NCBI GenBank assembly: GCA_964385105.1
Contig: CAYLMU010000002.1
Coordinates: 250,583-314,582, forward strand
DNA from: an uncultured Candidatus Saccharibacteria bacterium
GTDB lineage: Bacteria > Patescibacteriota > WWE3 > UBA101185 > UBA10185
Direction: 5' to 3'
Length of the DNA stretch: 64,000 nt
How positions within the stretch are numbered: position 1 is the stretch's first letter; the number at the start of each line of letters is the position of its first letter. The notes beneath the pieces are model-generated. The model searched no databases and had not been told where the DNA came from. It saw nothing but the letters and a program-made list of their open reading frames with translations. Below are positions 57,414-64,000 of this stretch, one piece after another. Both the position numbers and the translations under genes were made by a program.

Positions 57414-58844
57414 TTAGTTTAAAATGTCCGATGTTGTACTCCAGTTTGAAAAATCCAAAAACCTATCGGTGGCTGTAAAAGTATATTTTTCACCAATCCC
57501 CCTTATTGAATCGCTGACATAAAAGTTTTTATATGGGTGATACAAAAACACTGCCGGAACCTGTTCTAAAATTACTTTTTGAAATTCATGATAGTGTACA
57601 AGTCTGTCATCATATTCTAAAGCAATTCTACCCTCTTCAAGCGCTCGATCTGCTCTAACATGTTCAAATAATGAAAGGTTTAATCCCGGATTGTATTTTT
57701 GAGTTGAGTGCCAATTAATATATCTATCAGGGTCACGGCCAATTTCTTGCCCGTAAAGTAATATTTGATAATTTCTCGGGTTCACAACTTCATCAACAAA
57801 AGTTTCAGGATTATGTTTTTGAATATTTACTTGTAGGTTTAGCTTGTCTTCCCAATATTTTCTTATTATCCTTGCTGTTTCTTCATGCTGCTTTAAATCG
57901 GGAATTGTGAGAGTTACACTTTGTCCCACATAATTTACTTTAAGATTCTCATCATGTGTATCAAAAATTAAGTTAGGGTCGGTAAACAAACTTCTGCTTA
58001 TTGGGCCTTGTACAAAAATTCCTTTATTAAAAACAATTTCGTCTACATTAATAGAATTCTTGAGATTTTCCCTAAATGCAATATCAGCCATAGCCTCGTT
58101 TTCCAAATTAAAAAATAACGAAAAGTATATTCCTTGCAATGGAAATCTATGGTTTGAAAAGTTTTCAAGGTCATCATGTACGTCATTACTCATAAACGCG
58201 TCAATTTCACCAAGTCGGACTGCTGTTACAAGCTCATCTTCATTACCGTAATACCGAAATGTCATTTTTTTTATATAATCTTCTTCATTTTCGTTTAGCA
58301 AAACTACTTCTTTAATTACCGGACCACTACGCGAGATTCTCAGCACTCTAAACGGTCCGCTTGATACAGGTGTTAAGGAATTAAACTTTTCTTCAGAGTC
58401 TGCCTGCATAACCCCAACCGTCAATAAATCCAAAAATGGCGAAAATCCGTTTGGCAAAATATATCTAACCGTTAAATCATCAACTTTGTCTGTACCTACA
58501 CCCTGAAGATCGGGATATTTGTATGAAGTATAAATTAAGTCATCGGCAGTTATTTGCCTACCATCAGACCAAAACTGATTATTTTTTATTTTAATCGTAT
58601 AAACAAGACCGTCGTCTGAAATTGCCCATGTTTCAGCCAAGTCAGGAACAAGTTTGCCATAAATATCATACTTAAAGAGTCCACGATAAATTAAATCTGA
58701 AATTGTTTTGTCATTTTGGCTTATAGCTTGATGTGGCAAAAATGAGGTTGGTTGCCCCACAACACCTTCAACATACCTTGTGGTAGGCATTAGGGCGAGC
58801 AGAAACGAAGATAGGTAAAAACCTATTCTTTGAAGTATTTCCAT
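57414..58844 (-). CDS. ABC transporter substrate-binding protein, family 5 (OppA/DppA-like)
   Basis: LVPDLAETW, WSDG..ITADD, SGPF, VPAVFLY. Confidence 0.88.
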   Translation of the reverse strand: MEILQRIGFYLSSFLLALMPTTRYVEGVVGQPTSFLPHQAISQNDKTISDLIYRGLFKYDIYGKLVPDLAETWAISDDGLVYTIKIKNNQFWSDGRQITADDLIYTSYKYPDLQGVGTDKVDDLTVRYILPNGFSPFLDLLTVGVMQADSEEKFNSLTPVSSGPFRVLRISRSGPVIKEVVLLNENEEDYIKKMTFRYYGNEDELVTAVRLGEIDAFMSNDVHDDLENFSNHRFPLQGIYFSLFFNLENEAMADIAFRENLKNSINVDEIVFNKGIFVQGPISRSLFTDPNLIFDTHDENLKVNYVGQSVTLTIPDLKQHEETARIIRKYWEDKLNLQVNIQKHNPETFVDEVVNPRNYQILLYGQEIGRDPDRYINWHSTQKYNPGLNLSLFEHVRADRALEEGRIALEYDDRLVHYHEFQKVILEQVPAVFLYHPYKNFYVSDSIRGIGEKYTFTATDRFLDFSNWSTTSDILN

Positions 58845-58881
58845 ATCAGCGTTATTTTACCAAAATAGTGGCAATATGAGA

Positions 58882-58914
58882 AAATCCCGGCATTTTTTAC
58901 AATAACCGGGATTT
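58882..58914 (-). terminator. Hairpin after orphan gene 58922..59359
   Basis: AAATCCCGG/CCGGGATTT. Confidence 0.6.
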
Positions 58915-58921
58915 GCAGAGT

Positions 58922-59359
58922 TTACCTAAGCAAATTTCTAAAAAGAAAGTAAGTGTATATACTTGCTACAAATGCTATAAAATAGAATTTGAGCATTGCT
59001 TGTACACTGTCATGGTTAACTAAAATATCGCTTCGAACATCTATTATGTTAACTAAGGCATACACAAATGCAAAAGTTAAGCCCGCGAGTAGGAGGATAA
59101 GGCTTATTGACTCTATAAATTCACCTTGTTCAGCTCCTGCGCTCAAAAAAAAGTAAACCAGACACAATACTATACCCGATCCGCACACAATGATATAAAT
59201 CAGAAACTCCTTTAGAGGATTTACAAACTCCAGATTCCCAAGATACGGGTTTAAACTGAAAAAATAGGCAGTAATTATAGACAACACAAAAGCTACTGCC
59301 AACCGTGTAAAAAACTTTCTACCAAACGTATTACCAATCGAATGAGCTTTCATTATCAA
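58922..59359 (-). CDS. Hypothetical membrane protein (about 4 TM)
   Basis: Four hydrophobic segments; AAGGA SD. Confidence 0.7.
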   Translation of the reverse strand: MIMKAHSIGNTFGRKFFTRLAVAFVLSIITAYFFSLNPYLGNLEFVNPLKEFLIYIIVCGSGIVLCLVYFFLSAGAEQGEFIESISLILLLAGLTFAFVYALVNIIDVRSDILVNHDSVQAMLKFYFIAFVASIYTYFLFRNLLR

Positions 59360-59497
59360 ATCCTTTTTAAGGTTCAGTTAAATTTTGGCAAATTATATCA
59401 TTTTTTTATGCGCTTTTTAGATGTGACTTGATTAATATTTGATTTATTGCAGTAAAAACTGCTAAAATAGCCTAGCCGTATTGGATTTTTGTAGTAT

Positions 59498-59572
59498 GGC
59501 CCCATCGTCTAGTGGTTAGGACATCAGGTTTTCATCCTGGTAACCGGGGTTCGATTCCCCGTGGGGTCACCA
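59498..59572 (+). tRNA. tRNA-Glu(TTC)
   Basis: GGCCCCA/TGGGGTC, TCAGG-TT TTC AT-CCTGG, TTCGATT, CCA. Confidence 0.95.
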
Positions 59573-61028
59573 TAGTGGAATTTCCAACACTAACTAGTTC
59601 GTTTAGCTCTACAATACAGGATTTAACAGGAGTTGTTAAATTTCCATTCAAATATACAATTCCATCAGGAAATAGTATTTTTTGCAACTTGTGTTTTGGA
59701 ACAATATCTAACTTTTCCCATTTTTTAGTCATACCAGTTAAAAACTGTAAACTATAGTTTAGTAGCTCTTCAGTCAGTACACTTGGATGTGCATACTTTG
59801 TAGTCTCTAGGTTCAGGTCAACAAGTTCTTTTTCAAACTCTGCCAATTTACTTTTAGCTAACTTGTCGCTGTATACACCGTTTATATTCTTTTCAACTAC
59901 CTTATCCTGTAACTGTTTTATTTCAACCCTTCTTTTTTCAATTGAAAGTAACTCTTTCTCGTACTTTTTACGATGACTTTCCCAATTTAGTATAAGAGCC
60001 TCCTTAATGATGGAAATGGTCTTAGAATTGAAATTAAGTGCTTCTATGTAGGCTTTAAATATGGGTTCTACAATATTTTTATTGATGTTAATACCCCTAC
60101 AATCTGTACATCTATAATGCCCTTGATTCTTTTTAGCCCAACTTGCAGTCATATACTTACCACAATGACATCTTAATGTACCTCTTAGTGGAAAGTCAGG
60201 ATTTAGCTTTTTGTATACGGGTAGTTTCTTTTTCTTTCCATCTAATATAACCTGCACTTTGTCAAAAACCTCTGGTTTAACAATTGCTTTAAAACTACCC
60301 TTTTTATATACGCCCATACTAGGTACATCAATCCAACCCTTATATACGGGATTTCTTAGCATTTTGTGAAAGTGGGATGTTGTTAATGCTTTTCCATTCT
60401 TTTTTGTTAAGCCCCAGGACTTACCCAACTGTCTTACCTCTTCAACGGTATTGTACCTCCTGTATATACAATCAAAAACTTTTCTGATAGGTTTTTCTAA
60501 TTCAGATAATGGTTCAATGTTTGAACTACCTTTTTCTCCAACAGTTTTAAATCCATAAGGTGCTTGAAAAGTCCATCTACCTTGTTTTAGAGCTTCTATC
60601 ATTCCATTTTTACTCCTCTCGCCTCTTATCTCGTTATCTAACTGCGCAATACCCGAAAGTGTATGTTCAATAAACCTACCTAACGGATTATCTTCAATTG
60701 GTTCTGTTATAGAAATAATCTGTACTTTACATGAAGTAAAAAATGTTTTTAAGGTTGCGTAATCAAAGGAATCTCTAGATAAACGGTCAATCTTGTATAT
60801 TAGTAAAACATCAATTTTACCTTCATTAAGTTTGCAATACTTCATCATCTTTTTGAGTTGTGTTCTATCTACTGTCTTTGCACTTTCACCCTCTTCAACA
60901 AACACTTTATCAACTGAATAGCCATTATTTTTAGCATAGCTTTTACACAATCTCTCTTGGGAGGCTAAACTGTTACCTTCAAACGCTTGTTCTGTTGTGG
61001 ATACTCTACAGTATATTATGGCGTTCAT
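59532..61028 (-). CDS. Large serine recombinase
   Basis: YCRVSTTEQ, YKIDRLSRD, APYGF, CHCG...YRC..C zinc ribbon, coiled coil; last 13 codons are antisense to tRNA-Glu. Confidence 0.95.
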   Translation of the reverse strand: MNAIIYCRVSTTEQAFEGNSLASQERLCKSYAKNNGYSVDKVFVEEGESAKTVDRTQLKKMMKYCKLNEGKIDVLLIYKIDRLSRDSFDYATLKTFFTSCKVQIISITEPIEDNPLGRFIEHTLSGIAQLDNEIRGERSKNGMIEALKQGRWTFQAPYGFKTVGEKGSSNIEPLSELEKPIRKVFDCIYRRYNTVEEVRQLGKSWGLTKKNGKALTTSHFHKMLRNPVYKGWIDVPSMGVYKKGSFKAIVKPEVFDKVQVILDGKKKKLPVYKKLNPDFPLRGTLRCHCGKYMTASWAKKNQGHYRCTDCRGININKNIVEPIFKAYIEALNFNSKTISIIKEALILNWESHRKKYEKELLSIEKRRVEIKQLQDKVVEKNINGVYSDKLAKSKLAEFEKELVDLNLETTKYAHPSVLTEELLNYSLQFLTGMTKKWEKLDIVPKHKLQKILFPDGIVYLNGNLTTPVKSCIVELNELVSVGNSTMVTPRGIEPRLPG

Positions 61029-61189
61029 TTTTTCACCTCACATTTCTCTTCCAAGTAGCATTGAAGTATAAATTGAGCAAACTCATCTACAGCTTTTGAT
61101 ACTTCTTGTATTTTATCCTCGTTTTTTAAACTTGTACTTTTTTTGATTGCCTTAGCAATCTTTTTGAGTCTTTGTGTTTCATCACTCAC
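61025..61189 (-). CDS. 54-aa helical protein translationally coupled to the recombinase (not in ORF track)
   Basis: AGGAG SD, GTG start, MSDETQRLKKIAKAIKKSTSLKNEDKIQEVSKAVDEFAQFILQCYLEEKCEVKK; stop overlaps recombinase start (ATGA). Confidence 0.7.
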   Translation of the reverse strand: MSDETQRLKKIAKAIKKSTSLKNEDKIQEVSKAVDEFAQFILQCYLEEKCEVKK

Positions 61190-61287
61190 GACTAGAATCT
61201 CCTAGCCTGTTTGAGTGCCTCTCAACACAAGACTTAAAACATTTAATTACTTGCTACTATCCTGTTAGGTTGTTGCTAACTCAGATA

Positions 61288-62133
61288 TTAGACTTTTATT
61301 ACATCTTCAAATTGATAATTTACAATCTTTCCATCTCTCTTTTGAACTTTTATATTGCTAAACTCCTTCTTTTTCATAATTTCAATAATTTCATCTTCAG
61401 TCAGTTCTTCAGCACCCTTTGTATTTTCACCATATACTTTATATGTACCTTTTCCTCTCATTATTGTGACTTTTGAGTAGTCTTTGTGTCTGATAATCTT
61501 AACAATTTCTAATTGTTCTTTTGTTAGATTGACAGCTTCAAAGAACCTCTCAAAGTCTATCAAAGGCGGATATTCCTTAAATTTTTTAACTAAATCTTTG
61601 TTTGCTGATTGCTCTAATGTCTTCCGCACTACTTCATTAAAGTTTAGGTGTAAAAATCCTGTTGATTCTGGTCTAGCCCAACCCTGAAAATACAATAAAC
61701 CAACTTCATCGCAAAACATTGATTTTCCATCAGGAAATAAAAGCCAAGACACTCTTAAGCCTTGTAATACTGCGTATATTGCTACTTCACCCCATATCAG
61801 TTCGTCACTTTGGAAAAGTGTCTCATCTTTCATTCCTTCATAGTAGAAATCATTCTTTAATGTTTTGAGTTGTTCATTTTTAATACCATACTTCCTACAT
61901 TCCATTATCATCATGAGATATATAACATCTTTTAGACTGAATGTACGCCATTTACCTTCTTGTTCTTGGGTATTTACCAATACATCACTTGCATCCAAAC
62001 TTGTTATTTGTCTATAAGAAAGTGTAGTGTCTGCAACTCTAAATCTTTTACCTCTTAGAATATCTAATAATTTTGGATTTTTTCCTACTGCTCTTATTGT
62101 TGCAAATATGTAACCGTCACTAAAGTTAATCAT
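61288..62133 (-). CDS. MerR-like HTH domain protein
   Basis: FRVADTTLSYRQITSLD...WRTFSLKDVIYL....ECRKYGI. Confidence 0.7.
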   Translation of the reverse strand: MINFSDGYIFATIRAVGKNPKLLDILRGKRFRVADTTLSYRQITSLDASDVLVNTQEQEGKWRTFSLKDVIYLMMIMECRKYGIKNEQLKTLKNDFYYEGMKDETLFQSDELIWGEVAIYAVLQGLRVSWLLFPDGKSMFCDEVGLLYFQGWARPESTGFLHLNFNEVVRKTLEQSANKDLVKKFKEYPPLIDFERFFEAVNLTKEQLEIVKIIRHKDYSKVTIMRGKGTYKVYGENTKGAEELTEDEIIEIMKKKEFSNIKVQKRDGKIVNYQFEDVIKV

Positions 62134-62192
62134 AAAATATACCTCTATGTATACTTTATAACACTATTGAAATTATACGGTCAAGTATATTT

Positions 62193-64000
62193 TTATGTAA
62201 TCTCGTTGAATACTTTAGAGAACTCCTGTTTTGTCATTTCCTCATTGTAAAAAGGTAAACCTACAAGTGTATATTCTCTGTCGTTATAAATAATTTCAGG
62301 CTTCGCCCTATCTCCCAATTCTAAAAGAAAATCCTGTTTCCAAGAGTCTAGGCTAAAGAGCTGTTGTCCTTTAGGCTCAACAAACAATTGCAGATATAGT
62401 TTCTTGTCATCCTTTTTATTATTTAAAAACAGTACAAAATCAGGTTCAAAAACTCTTCCATCCTCAAAGTTATAAAGTTTAAAAGCATTGGCATTTCTTA
62501 CTAAGAATATCTCATCATACTTATTCTTGAGTTCTTTATAAGCGTTGTCTATAAATTTTACAAAGTATTTTTCTTCCGATGTTCCAAAGTTGTCCTTGTA
62601 CGCATACCAGTCATTGTCTAAGATATCTAGATTAAACAATGGGTCTTGTGAGTACTGCATACTTTTACCAAATTGAGCATCGCTTGTATCATCTGTTGCA
62701 ATCTTTAATACTTTATCCTCGAAGATTTCAGAAACTCCTTTGGCTTTAAACTCATAAGTGCCTATATACTCTTCATTATCTGATTCTATTTGCCCTTGTA
62801 TTTCTCTTAGAATCTCAAGTGCTATATCTAGCTTTTCATCTTGAGTCATATTCTCAATAAATCCATTAGAACCATGTATTTCAACTTCAATCTGTTCAAA
62901 GAAACTTGGCACAGAATCTAACGATTTTATATTGGGAGTATACTTTTTCAGGTTGCTTAATCTATAAAATTCATTCTTATCCATTGCTTTTCTTATAACA
63001 TTAGAACCTAATTCAAGAAGTTTTAGTGTCTTTGACTTATCGGGTGCAAGTGATTCTACCTGAGATTCAAATACGATTGTTTCTCTGGTATAACCTGTGT
63101 GTAAGTTGTACTTATAGGAAGTCTTTATGTTGTAGTCTTCAAAGCTTGATTTATTCTTGTTAAGGTTTTTCTCCTTGTTATTTAGATATAAAATTCCTGT
63201 CTTCCAAAAATCAGATTCTTTAAAACTTTTCTTTAGCGTTAGTTCTTGCTCCTCTTCGAGTTGTGCCTTTATTCCCGTTTCCTTTAACGCCTGTGTTAAT
63301 TCTGAAATGTATTTTGGATTATAAGCACTGTGATAGTAAAGTTCTTCTAGTATTCTTAAGCTATTACTTATATCCTCGTCATATTTTCTCTTGTGTTTAT
63401 CCTGTTCCGCATTTAAGGAGAATGGGTAATATCGTGCACCTCTACCAATTAGTTGAGCTTCTGACATTGTTGTTTTTCCTACTCTACCTGACCTTGCATC
63501 TCTAGTATCATACAATCTAACAATATCGAACAAATTAAGAACATCCCATCCCTCATTAAGCTTATCTACGGCAAATATGGCTCTAATTTGGTTGTTTTCA
63601 TCCTCAAGCGTATTTACTAAAACTTGTTTCTCATCACTTTCATTTTTTGAGTTCACAGATATGCATTTCTCAGGTGAAAAGTCTTCTTGAAGTTCCAATA
63701 CTAGGCTTTCCAAATCTATGTTGTTTTCTTTAAAGTAGTGAAATGCCTTAGCAAGAACACCATTATTTTTACTGGCAACTTTCTGTATATCCGTGGCTTT
63801 GATAGTTGAAACAAATTCATGAAAGGCTTCTTCAAATTCCTCAGATGCTGATATGGTTTTTGATTTAAATAATATGACTGGTTTTAGAAATACTTTCTTA
63901 TCCTGAGCTACTTTTAAACGATATTGGCTCAAAATCATGGCTTGTAAAGCTCTTGTAAGGTTGTCTGTGTCAGTTTCTAGTACCTTAACATCCTTGGAGT
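62193..64000 (-). CDS. Type III restriction enzyme Res subunit (helicase C-terminal + nuclease), 5'-partial
   Basis: VDKLNEGWDVLNLFDIVRLY, QLIGRGAR, FEPDFVL...VEPKG (PD-(D/E)xK); frame open to window end. Confidence 0.9.
   Translation of the reverse strand, partial: SKDVKVLETDTDNLTRALQAMILSQYRLKVAQDKKVFLKPVILFKSKTISASEEFEEAFHEFVSTIKATDIQKVASKNNGVLAKAFHYFKENNIDLESLVLELQEDFSPEKCISVNSKNESDEKQVLVNTLEDENNQIRAIFAVDKLNEGWDVLNLFDIVRLYDTRDARSGRVGKTTMSEAQLIGRGARYYPFSLNAEQDKHKRKYDEDISNSLRILEELYYHSAYNPKYISELTQALKETGIKAQLEEEQELTLKKSFKESDFWKTGILYLNNKEKNLNKNKSSFEDYNIKTSYKYNLHTGYTRETIVFESQVESLAPDKSKTLKLLELGSNVIRKAMDKNEFYRLSNLKKYTPNIKSLDSVPSFFEQIEVEIHGSNGFIENMTQDEKLDIALEILREIQGQIESDNEEYIGTYEFKAKGVSEIFEDKVLKIATDDTSDAQFGKSMQYSQDPLFNLDILDNDWYAYKDNFGTSEEKYFVKFIDNAYKELKNKYDEIFLVRNANAFKLYNFEDGRVFEPDFVLFLNNKKDDKKLYLQLFVEPKGQQLFSLDSWKQDFLLELGDRAKPEIIYNDREYTLVGLPFYNEEMTKQEFSKVFNEIT

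Larger units (their letters stand above)
59573..64000. mobile_element. Integrative element inserted at the 3' end of tRNA-Glu, carrying a type III restriction gene; extends beyond window end
   Basis: Recombinase abutting the tRNA CCA end, MerR-type regulator, restriction subunit. Confidence 0.85.

Noticed and set aside
1-64000. Alternative genetic code (TGA=Gly) as in some CPR lineages
   Set aside because: Long genes are intact under code 11 and several end in TGA with ATGA coupling

Overview
AT-rich bacterial chromosome segment using genetic code 11 (TGA is used as a stop). Gene content and style suggest Patescibacteria/CPR, possibly WWE3- or Microgenomates-like (inference): many leaderless genes, sortase, DUF2207, GT-C enzymes and a tRNA-adjacent HTH/LAGLIDADG-like protein. 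The window holds 10 tRNA genes, housekeeping genes (leuS, rpmG, rsmI, msrB, HelD-like helicase, MacAB-type ABC exporter), a ~14 kb glycan-synthesis/sortase cluster led by a four-domain fusion protein, and a sipW-tasA-like operon. Both ends lie in integrative elements inserted at tRNA 3' ends (tRNA-Gln left, tRNA-Glu right). In both, the large serine recombinase ORF runs into the antisense strand of the target tRNA. The most unusual signals are: (1) an integrase-less tandem array of promoter-gene-terminator cassettes downstream of tRNA-His, each junction carrying a tRNA-3'-end-like motif (GTTCGA...CCA) plus ACTATAGG abutting a 17-bp-spaced sigma70 promoter; (2) the recombinase/tRNA overlaps, each with a small upstream ORF missing from the ORF track; (3) a ~290-nt multi-stem RNA upstream of a baeRF/Balon-like gene; (4) an HTH/LAGLIDADG-like gene whose stop codon lies inside tRNA-Gly. 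All protein family calls are by motif recognition only; no searches were run.
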